The notes: generated from the sequence alone by a model not told the origin. Numbered from the stretch's first letter, positions 1-10,202 are shown. The stretch: 64,000 nucleotides of DNA from Candidatus Omnitrophota bacterium (GCA_043821445.1 JBDRCT010000013.1:82149-146148); one strand, 5' to 3'. Program-made: numbers and translations.

Positions 1-1113
1 GGTGACATCTACTTTTCCGCTGTCCCGGTTCAGCTTTACGTCGGGCACTACACGAGCGTCAATATAGCCCTCGCTGGCGTAGAATTGACGTATCTTTTCG
101 ATATCCTGCGCGACATAAAATTGCGAATAGGTCAGGCCGGGAAGCATCTCGAGCTGCTGCCAAAGCTCGGACTCCGGAAAAAGAGTGTTGTCCTTGAACT
201 TGATCTCGCCGGCAAGATAATGCTGCCCCTCGTCGATCCTGATCAGGATCCGGATCGTGTTATGGTCCTTGTCATAATCGAACTCCGGCAACACCTTCAC
301 GTCCAAATAACCTTCTTTTTGATAAAAAAAACTGATCTTCTCAAGATCTTTCTCAAAATCACCTTCTTTGAACGTTCCGAACAGGAACCATTTTTTCTCT
401 TTTGTCTTCATGAGTTTCTGAAGTTGCCGGGGTTTGAACGCGTGCGTCCCCTCGAAAGAGATCTTGGAGATCTTGAACTTTTTCCCCTCGAAGACCTTGA
501 ACGAGATCACGGCTTCTTTGGTCGACGGATCCACGTTCACTGCGACCTGAAGGTCCACGAACCGGAATCCTTTATCTGCATAAAGTTTACGGATGTCCTC
601 TTCGCCTTTTTTGACGGCCCTGCGGTCCAGGATCTGCCCCTCGATCACGCCGAACGTCTTGCGGAGTTTTTCTTCTTTAAAGGTGGTGGCGCCTTCGAAT
701 ATGATCTGCTTAACGATCGGTTTCTCGTCCACCTCCACGATCAATTTATAACCTTCGGGAAGATCTTCCACTTCCAATCTCACATCCTCAAAAAATCCGG
801 TCGCATAAAGGCGCTTGATATCTTCGTTCACGGTCTTCTGTTTGAGGGCAAGCCCTTGCTTGGTCTGGATCTTGCTCAAGATGGTGTTCGTACTCACAAT
901 GCGATTTCCACGAACATCCGTTGCCACGACTTTCTTTTCGGCCTGAGGCGCACTTTGAGAATCGGTTGCAACAGGTCCGGAGACGGGCTTCTGAACATTA
1001 GCAGCTGCAACGGCTTCAGCAGCCTTTTTCTCAGCCGTATCTTCGGCGAAGGCTACGGAAGAAGAACCCGCGCAAAAGGATAAGCTTAGAAGCAGTATGA
1101 TCAAACGTTTCAT
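1..1113 (-). CDS. bamA: Outer membrane protein assembly factor BamA, 5' part (runs off the window start)
   Basis: Missing from the ORF track. Manual translation from ATG 1113 gives a signal peptide (MKRLIILLLSLSFCAG) then POTRA-like sequence (DVRGNRIVSTNTILSKIQTKQG...EDIKRLYATGFFEDV...VDEKPIVKQIIFEG). ATGA overlap with the dnaB stop. Confidence 0.9.
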   Translation of the reverse strand, partial: MKRLIILLLSLSFCAGSSSVAFAEDTAEKKAAEAVAAANVQKPVSGPVATDSQSAPQAEKKVVATDVRGNRIVSTNTILSKIQTKQGLALKQKTVNEDIKRLYATGFFEDVRLEVEDLPEGYKLIVEVDEKPIVKQIIFEGATTFKEEKLRKTFGVIEGQILDRRAVKKGEEDIRKLYADKGFRFVDLQVAVNVDPSTKEAVISFKVFEGKKFKISKISFEGTHAFKPRQLQKLMKTKEKKWFLFGTFKEGDFEKDLEKISFFYQKEGYLDVKVLPEFDYDKDHNTIRILIRIDEGQHYLAGEIKFKDNTLFPESELWQQLEMLPGLTYSQFYVAQDIEKIRQFYASEGYIDARVVPDVKLNRDSGKVDVT

Positions 1114-2474
1114 GCAGGCTCCTCGGATCTGAAAAATTCGGGATTATCGAAACGCGTCCATTCTTTAAGAAACACGAGCGGGATAACGCCCGTGGGCCCA
1201 TTGCGCTGTTTGGCGATGATCGCCTCGGCCTTGTTTTTGTTCTCTTCGGACGGCTGATAATACTCTTCCCGGAAAAGAAATACAACTACGTCCGCGTCCT
1301 GTTCAATGGCGCCGGACTCGCGAAGATCGGAAAGCTGCGGACGATTGCCGGTCCTGGACTCCACCGCACGTGAAAGCTGGCTCACCGCGATGACGGGAAC
1401 ACGGATCTCACGGGCAAGAGCCTTGAGAGATCTGGAGATCTCGGAGATCTCCTGCTGACGGTTCTCGGAGGATTTCGAACCTTGCATCAGCTGCAAGTAG
1501 TCGATCACGATCAGTGAAATATCGTGCTTCATTTTAAGACGGCGCGCCTTGGCCCGGATCTCGAGTACCGTCTGGCCCGGTGTATCGTCGATAAAGATCG
1601 GTGCCTCGGAAAGTTTACCGGCTGCATTCGTCAGTTTCGGCCAATCCTGATGAGAGAGATATCCCGTACGGACCTTTTGCGCGTCCACACGCGCGTGCGA
1701 ACAGAGCATTCTCTGAACAAGTTGCTCTTTACTCATTTCAAGCGAAAAAACAACGACGGGTTTCTTTAGATTGATGCCTGCATGTTCGCAGATTGCCGTG
1801 GCGAAAGCGGATTTTCCCATCGAGGGACGACCCGCCACAATGATCAGGTCCGAAGGTTGGAGTCCCGCGGTCTTCATATCGAATTCGTGAAAACCGGTCG
1901 CAATGCCTGTGACATGTTCCTTGCGCTGGAAAAGCTGGTCGATCGTTTCCATGCTCTCATGGATAATATCTTTGATCCGAACGGTCTTATTTTCGATTTG
2001 TGACTGGCCGATATCGAAGATCATTTTCTCCGCACTGTCGATCATCTCACGGGCATTGCCTTCGGCCTCGAGACTGTTCTGCACAATTTGCGTTCCGGAT
2101 TGGATGAGCTTGCGAAGGAGCGCCTTGTCTTTGACGATCCGGGCGTAATGTTCAATGTTCGCCGCGGTCGGCACGATCGTTGTCAACTGCGTCAGATAAC
2201 TGATCCCGCCCAGTTCTTCAAGCTGCTTGCGTTTCTTGAGCTCCTCGGAGACAGTGATGAGATCCACGGGGTGGTTGTTGGAAAAAAGGGTGGTCATCGC
2301 ACTGAAGATGTTTTGATGACGCTGGTCGTAGAAAAAATCGGGGGTCAGGACTTCGATGGCCTTCGTAAGCGCGATCTCGTCAAAAAACATCGCGCCCAGA
2401 ACGCTCATTTCAGCTTCGCGATTCTGGGGCGGAAGTTTTTCGTAAAGATTGACCGTTGTCTGTATTTCAGCCAC
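1110..2474 (-). CDS. dnaB: Replicative DNA helicase
   Basis: PPQNREAEMSVLG, AGRPSMGKS, IDYLQLM, SQLSR, DLRESGAIEQDAD motifs. Confidence 0.98.
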   Translation of the reverse strand: MAEIQTTVNLYEKLPPQNREAEMSVLGAMFFDEIALTKAIEVLTPDFFYDQRHQNIFSAMTTLFSNNHPVDLITVSEELKKRKQLEELGGISYLTQLTTIVPTAANIEHYARIVKDKALLRKLIQSGTQIVQNSLEAEGNAREMIDSAEKMIFDIGQSQIENKTVRIKDIIHESMETIDQLFQRKEHVTGIATGFHEFDMKTAGLQPSDLIIVAGRPSMGKSAFATAICEHAGINLKKPVVVFSLEMSKEQLVQRMLCSHARVDAQKVRTGYLSHQDWPKLTNAAGKLSEAPIFIDDTPGQTVLEIRAKARRLKMKHDISLIVIDYLQLMQGSKSSENRQQEISEISRSLKALAREIRVPVIAVSQLSRAVESRTGNRPQLSDLRESGAIEQDADVVVFLFREEYYQPSEENKNKAEAIIAKQRNGPTGVIPLVFLKEWTRFDNPEFFRSEEPA

Positions 2475-2493
2475 AAATGACCTCTAAAGAGGT

Positions 2494-2943
2494 TTAAGAC
2501 GGTTCCCGGACGAGTTCGACCGTCAGGCGCGTCTTGACCTGCGGGTAGATCTCAAGATCAACCTGATGCGTGCCCAAGGTCTTCAAAGGATCTTTGATAC
2601 GGATCTGTTTTTTTTCGAAGCTGTGTCCTTGCTTTTCGAGCGCCGCACGGAGATCCTCGGCGGTCACGGAGCCATAAAGCTTTTCGCCTTCACCCGCACG
2701 AACTTCAAGTGTGATCGTAAGGTCTTTCATCTCTTTGGCGCGTTTTTCGGCCGCTTCTTTTTCCTTAGCCTTGCGCGCGGCACTTCGGACGCGCTTTTCC
2801 GCAAAGAACTGCTTATTGGCGCGGGTCGCCGGGATCGCAAGTTCCTGCGGCATTAGAAAATTCCTTGCGAATCCGTCGCGCACACGCACGACGTCGCCTT
2901 TTTTGCCGACATCTGCCACATTTTTTAAAAGCAATAACTCCAT
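2494..2943 (-). CDS. rplI: 50S ribosomal protein L9
   Basis: GKKGDVVRVRDGFARNFL, KLYGSVT; canonical rpsF-ssb-rpsR-rplI order. Confidence 0.97.
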   Translation of the reverse strand: MELLLLKNVADVGKKGDVVRVRDGFARNFLMPQELAIPATRANKQFFAEKRVRSAARKAKEKEAAEKRAKEMKDLTITLEVRAGEGEKLYGSVTAEDLRAALEKQGHSFEKKQIRIKDPLKTLGTHQVDLEIYPQVKTRLTVELVREPS

Positions 2944-2984
2944 GGATCGATTCCCCTTTTTCTTTTTTAAAATGCTCCCGGTGA

Positions 2985-3305
2985 TCAGTTCGCCTGGAAC
3001 GCCAAAAGCCCCGAATGACGTGACTTTTTAATGAGACGTGTGAGCGTGCGTTGGTCCTTCGAGTTCAAACGCGTGATGCGACGAGGCAAGATTTTGCCTT
3101 TCTCAGTAATATATTTCCCGAGCGCTTCCACATCTTTATAGTCCATAGGCGGCAGCACGCGACGCATGCGCTTGCGTACGGGCCGGGAGGGACTCCGGGC
3201 CGGCGAACCGTAACCCTTTTCTCCTTTTTTGGGACCCCGGGCATTTTTGTCGAACGGTTTTTTCTTTTCGTCTTTTCCAAACCTTGAAGAGGATCTCGGT
3301 TTCAT
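2985..3305 (-). CDS. rpsR: 30S ribosomal protein S18 (Cys-less, long basic N-terminal extension)
   Basis: [22 protein letters not shown]...QR.L...IK. Confidence 0.93.
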   Translation of the reverse strand: MKPRSSSRFGKDEKKKPFDKNARGPKKGEKGYGSPARSPSRPVRKRMRRVLPPMDYKDVEALGKYITEKGKILPRRITRLNSKDQRTLTRLIKKSRHSGLLAFQAN

Positions 3306-3325
3306 ATTTTTTATACCTGGCTGAT

Positions 3326-3811
3326 TTAGAAGGGAATTTCTTCGTCGGGTTTAAGTTCGTCCTTTGAAAGGGAGACGGAATCCTTTTTGGAAGGCATGCC
3401 GCCCTCCGGGGCTTCAAAAATGCTTTCATCCACGTCCATGGTCGGCACATCCGCCCCCTCGCCCCTTCCGCTGCCGGGTTTTGATCCGAGGAACTGGACA
3501 TTGTCGGCGACCACTTCCGTGGAATACCGTTTATTACCATCCGGGCCGTCCCAACTCCGGGTCTGGATCCTTCCTTCCACAAAGACGGGACGGCCTTTTT
3601 TCAGATACTCATTACAGATCTCCGCAAGACGCGCCCAAACCACGATCCGGATAAAACAAACTTCCTCTTTTTTTTCCCCGGCCTTGGAATTATACGTGCG
3701 ATTCACAGCGATCGTAAAAGTCGTCACCGCCTGTCCCGAGGGGATGTAACGAAGCTCCGGATCCCGGGTAAGATTCCCGATCAACATGACTTTGTTCAAA
3801 CTTACGGCCAT
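3326..3811 (-). CDS. ssb: Single-stranded DNA-binding protein
   Basis: [18 protein letters not shown], acidic C-terminus EEIPF. Confidence 0.98.
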   Translation of the reverse strand: MAVSLNKVMLIGNLTRDPELRYIPSGQAVTTFTIAVNRTYNSKAGEKKEEVCFIRIVVWARLAEICNEYLKKGRPVFVEGRIQTRSWDGPDGNKRYSTEVVADNVQFLGSKPGSGRGEGADVPTMDVDESIFEAPEGGMPSKKDSVSLSKDELKPDEEIPF

Positions 3812-3842
3812 AGGTCACCCGATGTTTTGCGTGTTGGATTGA

Positions 3843-4181
3843 TTATACTTTGGACGTTGTAACAGGAGCGGCGGGAAGAGGCGCTAACGCCGGCTTCTTC
3901 GCGGGAATACTCACCATATATCTCAAAAGGTTTTCTTGAAGCTCCAGTTCTTTACGGAAATCCTGCGTCCGGGACGGGTCCATTTCAAATTCAAAAACGA
4001 ACGTCCTGCCGTCCTTGTACTTGCGGATCATGTGACCGAGCGCCCTTTTCCCAAGATCGGTCTTCTGGATCACCTTCCCTTGGAATTTCTCGATCCATTT
4101 TACAACCTCCGCGGCAGGGTCTTTGTGCCCCTCTCCTGTGATCTCCGGCGGAAAAATAAATAAACCCTCGTATTTTTTCAT
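3843..4181 (-). CDS. rpsF: 30S ribosomal protein S6
   Basis: MKKYEGLFIF...LGKRAL...LLRYMV; position ahead of ssb. Confidence 0.9.
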   Translation of the reverse strand: MKKYEGLFIFPPEITGEGHKDPAAEVVKWIEKFQGKVIQKTDLGKRALGHMIRKYKDGRTFVFEFEMDPSRTQDFRKELELQENLLRYMVSIPAKKPALAPLPAAPVTTSKV

Positions 4182-4196
4182 CGTACACTCCCTCAG

Positions 4197-4284
4197 AATC
4201 TAGTACCGTTTTCCATTAATTTCTAACGGTTAACGGTGCAAGTACTGCGAACCCTTCAAATTTGAAGCAACGCGGTGCTAGATT
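4197..4284 (-). promoter_or_regulatory. Putative structured 5' leader of the rpsF operon
   Basis: AATCTAGTACCG (4197-4208) and CGGTGCTAGATT (4273-4284) are 11/12 complementary and enclose CTTCAAATTTGAAG; ends just before the GAGGGAG Shine-Dalgarno. Confidence 0.45.
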
Positions 4285-4430
4285 AAAATGATAACTCTTT
4301 CCGTAAGTTTCATAAACAGAAGCTACAGAAGCAGTTATGAAGCTTTTAGGCCTTTGAAAAGGCTAAAAGAGGAGACAATGTAACATAAATGCATCGCTTG
4401 GGCAAGAAAAGTTCCAAGGCTCACAACCCT

Positions 4431-5033
4431 CTACACCACTGCGGCATTGACCCTGTTCATGGCCTTCGTCAAAGGCTCCGAGATCCAGGCGCGGCATGCC
4501 TCCATCCCTTTTCCCAGAAGCTCTTTCATTTTCTTCTCTTCTGCGACGGTGAAAGCGGAAAGCACATAATCCCGAAGCGGCCCGGCAGAGTCCGTAAGCT
4601 CTGCTCCTGCCTTATTTGCCCGGGAACCGATCCCGATCCGAAGCCTCGGATATTCACGGCCTTCGAGATGTTCTTCGATCGAGGCAAGCCCGTTATGCCC
4701 GCCCGAACTTCCCTCGCCTCGCAAACGGAACTTTCCGAACGGCAACGCGATATCATCGACCACGATCAAAAGATCTTTGTTTGCAGCGATTTTCCAGTAC
4801 TTTACGAGCGCCACGACCGCTTCGCCGGAAAGGTTCATATAGGTTAACGGATGGGCCAGATGAAACGTCTCGCCATTCCACGAGACTGAGGCTAAGGCCG
4901 CCTTCTGGGACTTTTTAAAAGCAAACTTCACTTTCTCTGTTTCGGCAATAAACTCCACGAGCCGGCGGCCGATGTTGTGCCTCGTGCGGGCGTATTCGTC
5001 CCCGGGATTCCCAAGCCCAACGATGAGTTTCAT
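4431..5033 (-). CDS. pth: Peptidyl-tRNA hydrolase
   Basis: Start reassigned to MKLIVGLGNPG; TRHNIG, TYMNLSG, GGHNGL motifs. Confidence 0.97.
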   Translation of the reverse strand: MKLIVGLGNPGDEYARTRHNIGRRLVEFIAETEKVKFAFKKSQKAALASVSWNGETFHLAHPLTYMNLSGEAVVALVKYWKIAANKDLLIVVDDIALPFGKFRLRGEGSSGGHNGLASIEEHLEGREYPRLRIGIGSRANKAGAELTDSAGPLRDYVLSAFTVAEEKKMKELLGKGMEACRAWISEPLTKAMNRVNAAVV

Positions 5034-5088
5034 CAGAACCCTCAAGATCCTTCCGGAAGTGCTTGCGCGGTTCCCGGAAGATCCTTTA

Positions 5089-5832
5089 TTACTTTCCTTC
5101 TTTCCCCGGTGCTGCAGCAGGTTTTCCCGCGGCAGGTGCGCCTGGTTTGGCCGCAGCGGGAGCGGCTTTCGCAGGAGCGCCTTCTTCGCCTTCCTTGTCC
5201 TTCTTGCCCTTTTCCATAACCTCGGGCTCAACGGCGCCCTCTTCGGCAGGCTTTACTTCTTCTTCGCGAGGAGGATGGATCGCAAGAACCACTTCCTCCG
5301 GTGCAAGCAGGCACTTGATCCCCTGCGGGAGCGTCAAGTCCTTCACGTGGACCGCATCGTTGATCTTCATGGCCTTTGTTTCGATCTCGATCTTTTCCGG
5401 GATCTGCGTAGGCAAACACTCCACATCGATCTCGCGGTGTACAAGATCGAGTGACCCGCCCTCCTTGATGCCGGGTGCTTCTTCAATGTGAAGGAGAACC
5501 ACCGGCACTTTGACCGTGATCCTTTCGTTGAGCGAGATGACCATGAAATCGATATGGTCGATCTTGTCCGTGACCGGATTGTTCTGGATCGCCTTGATGC
5601 GACATGTCGATTCTTTCATCTTCACACCTTCGACCTGAAGCGTGATCAGAACGTTTGCGCCGGCCTTCGTATGGATCGCTTTGAGAAATGCCCGGTCCGG
5701 CACTTCGATCGCGAGCGGTTTCATGCCGTGGCCGTAGACCACGGCCGGAAACATTTCGTTGCGGCGGACCGCGCGTGCCTTGCGGGTCCCGTCGGCATTA
5801 CGTGTCTTGGCTTGTAATTCAAAAGTTTGCAT
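5089..5832 (-). CDS. rplY: 50S ribosomal protein L25 / general stress protein Ctc
   Basis: PAVVYGHG, HIDF, GIKEGG, CLPTQIPEKIEI. Confidence 0.95.
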   Translation of the reverse strand: MQTFELQAKTRNADGTRKARAVRRNEMFPAVVYGHGMKPLAIEVPDRAFLKAIHTKAGANVLITLQVEGVKMKESTCRIKAIQNNPVTDKIDHIDFMVISLNERITVKVPVVLLHIEEAPGIKEGGSLDLVHREIDVECLPTQIPEKIEIETKAMKINDAVHVKDLTLPQGIKCLLAPEEVVLAIHPPREEEVKPAEEGAVEPEVMEKGKKDKEGEEGAPAKAAPAAAKPGAPAAGKPAAAPGKEGK

Positions 5833-5891
5833 TTCAAATTCCTCCTTGATGTCCTTTGATTAAGACGGAAACGACTTCCCTCTTGTTCGGT

Positions 5892-6869
5892 TTATGCTTC
5901 AACCCCTGCGCTCGAAAAAAGTGTGCTGATCGACTCGTTGTAATGGATCCGATAGATCGCGTCCGCCAAAAGCGAGGCGATCGAAAGCTGGGTGATCTTT
6001 TTGATCCGTTTTTCCTTCCCGAGCGGAATACTGTTCGTTACGATAAGCTCCTTGATGACGGAACCCCGGATCCTCTCCACGGCCTTTCCGGCCAAGACAG
6101 GGTGCACAATGTTAGCATAGATATCCAATGCCCCTGCTTTCTTGAGGGCCGTGGCAGCTTCCACAAGCGAGCCGCCCGTCGAGATCATATCATCGATGAT
6201 GATGACATTCTTCCCGGCCACGGAACCGATAATGTGCATCACATGCGTCTGGGACGCGCTCTCACGGCGCTTGTCTACGATCGCGAAAGCACAATGAAAA
6301 AGTTTGGCGTATCCCCGTGCCATCTTGATCCCGCCCACGTCGGGCGAAACGACTACGAGATCCTTAATCTTCTTTTTCTTAAAATAGCTCCCCATCACAT
6401 TGATCGAATAGAGATGGTCCACCGGGATATCGAAGAATCCTTGGATCTGTCCCGCATGAAGGTCCATCGCAAGCACACGATTCGCGCCGGCGCTCACGAT
6501 CAGGTTTGCCACAAGTTTCGCGGTGATTGGAACGCGCGGTTTGTCCTTGCGATCCTGGCGGGCATAGCCAAAAAATGGCAACACCGCCGTGATCCGCTTG
6601 GCTGAAGCACGCCGCGCGGCGTCGATCAAGATCAAAAGTTCCATCAGGCTTTCGTTGGGAGGCGTGCAAGTCGGCTGAACGATAAAAACATCTTTGCCCC
6701 GGATATTATCGCGGATCTGGAGCTGGATCTCCCCCTCCGGGAAACGGCCGAGCAGTACATCGCCTAGCGGAATGCCGAGATACTTGGCGATCTCCCTGGC
6801 GAGCTCCGGATGAGAGCTCCCCGTTAAAAGGACCATATCCCCATTCTGCTTTTTCTGGATCTTTTTCAT
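5892..6869 (-). CDS. prs: Ribose-phosphate pyrophosphokinase
   Basis: FGYARQDRK, DLHAGQIQGFFDIP, VSPDVGG, IIDDMISTGGSL. Confidence 0.98.
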   Translation of the reverse strand: MKKIQKKQNGDMVLLTGSSHPELAREIAKYLGIPLGDVLLGRFPEGEIQLQIRDNIRGKDVFIVQPTCTPPNESLMELLILIDAARRASAKRITAVLPFFGYARQDRKDKPRVPITAKLVANLIVSAGANRVLAMDLHAGQIQGFFDIPVDHLYSINVMGSYFKKKKIKDLVVVSPDVGGIKMARGYAKLFHCAFAIVDKRRESASQTHVMHIIGSVAGKNVIIIDDMISTGGSLVEAATALKKAGALDIYANIVHPVLAGKAVERIRGSVIKELIVTNSIPLGKEKRIKKITQLSIASLLADAIYRIHYNESISTLFSSAGVEA

Positions 6870-6878
6870 AAGAATACC

Positions 6879-8135
6879 CTACCTTTTCTTCTTTGAGACG
6901 GGCCGGGCCGGAACGCCGACGACCACATCTCCTTTTTTAATTTTTATCTTTGGGATCACCACCGACCCCGCGCCAGTCCTCACCCCGTCCGGGATCCGGA
7001 CGGGCGCTACAAAAACGGTATTGGATCCGATCATCACGTTTTTTCCGATCAGTGTTTGATGCTTTTTCTTTCCGTCAAAATTCGCGGTAATGGTCCCGGC
7101 CCCGACATTGGTTCCGTCGCCGATCACCGCATCCCCCAAATAAGTCAAATGCTTGGCCAAAACCTTTTTCCCAAGACGGCTCCGGTTCACTTCCACAAAA
7201 CTTCCGATCACCGCTCCGTCGCCGATCACGGTGTTGTGACGGATTTTCGCAAACGGCCCGATCTCACTATCCTTACCGATCTCCACCCCGCTTTCAATAA
7301 AACACCACGGATAGATCGTGGTACCTTTGCCGATCTTCACGCCCGGCGCTACAAAAGTTTGCTCTGGCGCTATAAACGTCACGCCTCCCTCCTGATGTTT
7401 CGTGATCTCCCGCTCGTTTATTTTTTTTGTCACGGTGGCCAGATCTTTCTGGGAATTGATCCCCTGCCCCTCCTCCGCGCTCGCAAGTGAAAAAGCTTCT
7501 ACGCAATAGCCTTCGCGCCGCAGGATCTCAATGGTATCCGTCAAATAATATTCGCCTTTTTCGTTATCCTGTCCGACCCCCTCCAGGGCTTCGAATAAAA
7601 CTTTCTTATCAAAAAGATAGATACCGGTATTCACTTCCCGGATCGTACGCTCCTCAGGAGTAGCGTCCGTTTCTTCGCGGATCGCAGCAAAATGTCCCTC
7701 TTCCCTCACGATCCTTCCATATCCGGACGGGTCTTCTTGAACACAGGATAACACGCTGACATGCGCCCGCGATTTTTTATGCTCCGCCAGGAACTTCGCC
7801 AGCGTCTCCGGCTTCACAAGCGGCATATCGCCCGGCCATACGAGCACGGGACCTTGTGTGTTCTTGAGCGCCGGCCCGGCTACTCTGACCGCGTGCCCGG
7901 TCCCCTTTTGCTCGCGCTGAAGCACCGGGGTCGCGCCAGACACCTTCAAAAATGACCGCACTTTTTCGGCCTTGTAACCTACCACCACAAAAGGATTTTT
8001 CATTCCGGCCCCGGCCAGAGTTTCGAGCACATACCCAAGCACGGGCTTCCCGAACACCGGGTGCAGGACCTTCGGCAATTCAGAGCGCATCCGGGTCCCT
8101 TTCCCCGCTGCGAGAACAATGGCTTCCATGGTCAT
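6879..8135 (-). CDS. glmU: Bifunctional UDP-GlcNAc pyrophosphorylase / glucosamine-1-P acetyltransferase (somewhat short hexapeptide region)
   Basis: LAAGKGTRMRSELPKVLH, GYGRIVR, EYYLTD, HLTYLGDA, GAGTITANFDG; start 8135 or 8129. Confidence 0.95.
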   Translation of the reverse strand: MTMEAIVLAAGKGTRMRSELPKVLHPVFGKPVLGYVLETLAGAGMKNPFVVVGYKAEKVRSFLKVSGATPVLQREQKGTGHAVRVAGPALKNTQGPVLVWPGDMPLVKPETLAKFLAEHKKSRAHVSVLSCVQEDPSGYGRIVREEGHFAAIREETDATPEERTIREVNTGIYLFDKKVLFEALEGVGQDNEKGEYYLTDTIEILRREGYCVEAFSLASAEEGQGINSQKDLATVTKKINEREITKHQEGGVTFIAPEQTFVAPGVKIGKGTTIYPWCFIESGVEIGKDSEIGPFAKIRHNTVIGDGAVIGSFVEVNRSRLGKKVLAKHLTYLGDAVIGDGTNVGAGTITANFDGKKKHQTLIGKNVMIGSNTVFVAPVRIPDGVRTGAGSVVIPKIKIKKGDVVVGVPARPVSKKKR

Positions 8136-8176
8136 CCTTGTTTTAAATTTTATTTCTTTAATGGTTAACAAGAATT

Positions 8177-8219
8177 GTCCCAATTTCAGATTCTCTGAAA
8201 TTGATAAAAATTGGGACTA
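8177..8219. repeat. Modular hairpin element, single unit A, abutting the permease TAG stop
   Basis: GTCCCAATTTC-agattctct-GAAATTGATAAAAATTGGGAC+TA; homologues at 10925, 51294, 51376, 52236. Confidence 0.85.
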
Positions 8220-9173
8220 CCCCTTGATCCCGGTCAATTTGATACCTTCGACGAAAAACCGCTGATTGAATAAAAAGACGATCAAGATCGGCAGGATCAT
8301 CATCATCGACGCGGCCATAAGAAGCGTCCAATCCGTACCGTGCACCCCTTGAAAATAAGCGAGTCCGACCGGCAGCGTATATTTGGTATGCGTGTTCACC
8401 ACGATCAAGGGCCACATCAAATTCATCCACGATCCCATGAATGTAAAAGTGGTCAAAGTCGCTAAGGCCGGTTTTGAAAGCGGAAGAATGATATGCCAGA
8501 AGATCCGGACATACGAGCATCCGTCGATCTTTGCGGCATCTTCCAGGTCTTTAGGCAGCGTCAAAAAAAACTGCCGCAGCATGAACGTCCCGTAAGCGGT
8601 AAAGATCCCCGGGAGGATCAGCGCTTTATAAGTGTCGATCCAGCCAAAATGACGGAGCAGGATGAATACCGGGATCATGGTCACCGCGCCCGGGATCATC
8701 ATGGTCGCGAGATAACTAAAAAAGAGCCTGTCGCGACCCGGAAAATTCAAACGCGCAAACGCGTACGCGGCCATCGCGCTTGTGGCAACCTGTCCGAACG
8801 TAATACAAAAGCTCACCAAAATGGAATTCAGATAGAACTGCGCAAACGGAACCACGGACCAGACCTTCACATAATTCTGCCAGACAAAACTAGTCGGCAA
8901 CCATTCCTGCCACCAGGAACGATTCTCCGAAAAAATTTGTCCCGCATCGGAAAGTGAAGTCGAGACCATCCAAAGGAACGGCGCCGCCATACTCACCGCG
9001 CCTGCGAGCAGGGCCATAAAAAGCACCGCTCTTTGTAATCTTCGCTTTAGGGGCGACTTTTCCTTGAGCTCAGTCACCACCTTCACCACTTTTTTTCTTT
9101 TTGAACGGGAGGCGGACGCGGCGATCTCCTGCTTCATTTCCTCTTGGATCAACGAATCAATGTGATGTCCCAT
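8217..9173 (-). CDS. Carbohydrate ABC transporter permease (MalG-type)
   Basis: AAYAFARL.FPGR, EAA loop LEDAAKIDGCS, LPLSKPALAT. Confidence 0.93.
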   Translation of the reverse strand: MGHHIDSLIQEEMKQEIAASASRSKRKKVVKVVTELKEKSPLKRRLQRAVLFMALLAGAVSMAAPFLWMVSTSLSDAGQIFSENRSWWQEWLPTSFVWQNYVKVWSVVPFAQFYLNSILVSFCITFGQVATSAMAAYAFARLNFPGRDRLFFSYLATMMIPGAVTMIPVFILLRHFGWIDTYKALILPGIFTAYGTFMLRQFFLTLPKDLEDAAKIDGCSYVRIFWHIILPLSKPALATLTTFTFMGSWMNLMWPLIVVNTHTKYTLPVGLAYFQGVHGTDWTLLMAASMMMILPILIVFLFNQRFFVEGIKLTGIKG

Positions 9174-9182
9174 GACTCTCTC

Positions 9183-10094
9183 TTAAGCGTAATGAACAGC
9201 CTTGCCAAAAAAACGCCATTTCACGACCGTGACAGCAAAAATGATCAGGAATAGGACCCATGAAATGGCGGCCGCGTATCCCATACGGTACCATTCAAAC
9301 GCGTTATTAAAGATGTAATAGATGATCGTCGTGGTGGACCCGTTTGGCCCGCCACCCGTCATGATATACGCTTGATCGAATCCCGCCTGAAACCCGCCGA
9401 TTAAGCTCATTGTCGCGATAAAAAAAGTCGTCGACGAGATCTGCGGCCAGGTGACATTCCAGAATTTTTGCCAATTGTTCGCGCCGTCCACTTCTGCGGC
9501 ATCATAAAGATCGCGCGGCACTCCCTGCAACGCCGCTAGATAAAGGATCATATTGTAGCCACCGATCGATTGCCACACGCTCATGATGATAAAAGCCGGC
9601 TTCGCCCACGCTTCGTCCGTAAGCCAGTTCGGTCCGGTCAACCGCAAACCCAGTATATCCCCGAACTGAGCGATCATTGAATTTAAGAAACCGAAATTCG
9701 GATTGTAGATCAACCGCCAGAGCATAAAGATCGCAACGCCCGAACAGATCGTCGGGAGAAAATAAATAGTCCTGAAAATGACCGTTCCCCGGAGCTTTTG
9801 GTTGAGAGCGATCGCCAAAAGGAGCGACCCCGCCATGCTGATTGGAATGGCCGTCATTAGAACGAGCGTGTTCCAACAGTACTTCCCGAAGAACGGATCT
9901 TTGGTTAACTCGATAAAGTTCGTGAGTCCTGCGAATTGCGGACTAGCCGATAAAAGATCCCACTTCACGAAACTTAAGCCCAAGGACGCCAGCACCGGGA
10001 TCGATGTGAATAGAAGGAACCCGAGCAGATTCGGCATAAGAAACCCATACGCCGCGATCGTCTCTTTCGTTTTATCTTTCAATCCGTTTTTCAT
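9183..10094 (-). CDS. Carbohydrate ABC transporter permease (MalF/UgpA-type)
   Basis: FRTIYFLP, LYDAAEVDGAN.WQKF..VTWP, TGGGP, MGYAAA; start moved downstream of the tRNA (10094 or 10118). Confidence 0.92.
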   Translation of the reverse strand: MKNGLKDKTKETIAAYGFLMPNLLGFLLFTSIPVLASLGLSFVKWDLLSASPQFAGLTNFIELTKDPFFGKYCWNTLVLMTAIPISMAGSLLLAIALNQKLRGTVIFRTIYFLPTICSGVAIFMLWRLIYNPNFGFLNSMIAQFGDILGLRLTGPNWLTDEAWAKPAFIIMSVWQSIGGYNMILYLAALQGVPRDLYDAAEVDGANNWQKFWNVTWPQISSTTFFIATMSLIGGFQAGFDQAYIMTGGGPNGSTTTIIYYIFNNAFEWYRMGYAAAISWVLFLIIFAVTVVKWRFFGKAVHYA

Positions 10095-10125
10095 TTTTAT
10101 TTTCCTGATGTCCCGCATTTCAGAT

Positions 10126-10196
10126 CTGCCCCGCCTGGGCTCGAACCAGGAACCTTGCCTCCAAAGGGCAGTGTGATACCATTTCACCACGGGGCA
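10126..10196 (-). tRNA. tRNA-Gln(TTG), CCA not encoded
   Basis: Minus strand TGCCCCG-TG-GTGA-AATGGTA-TCAC-A-CTGCC-CTTTGGA-GGCAA-GGTT-CCTGG-TTCGAGC-CCAGG-CGGGGCA-G folds as a cloverleaf. Confidence 0.95.
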
Positions 10197-10202
10197 ATAA
10201 CT

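Noticed and set aside
85-1083. 332-aa plus-strand ORF
   Set aside because: Antisense shadow of bamA, which the track missed because it runs off the window edge.
10095-10190. N-terminal extension of the ABC permease (MVKWYHTALW...)
   Set aside because: It overlaps tRNA-Gln; an artefact of longest-ORF calling.
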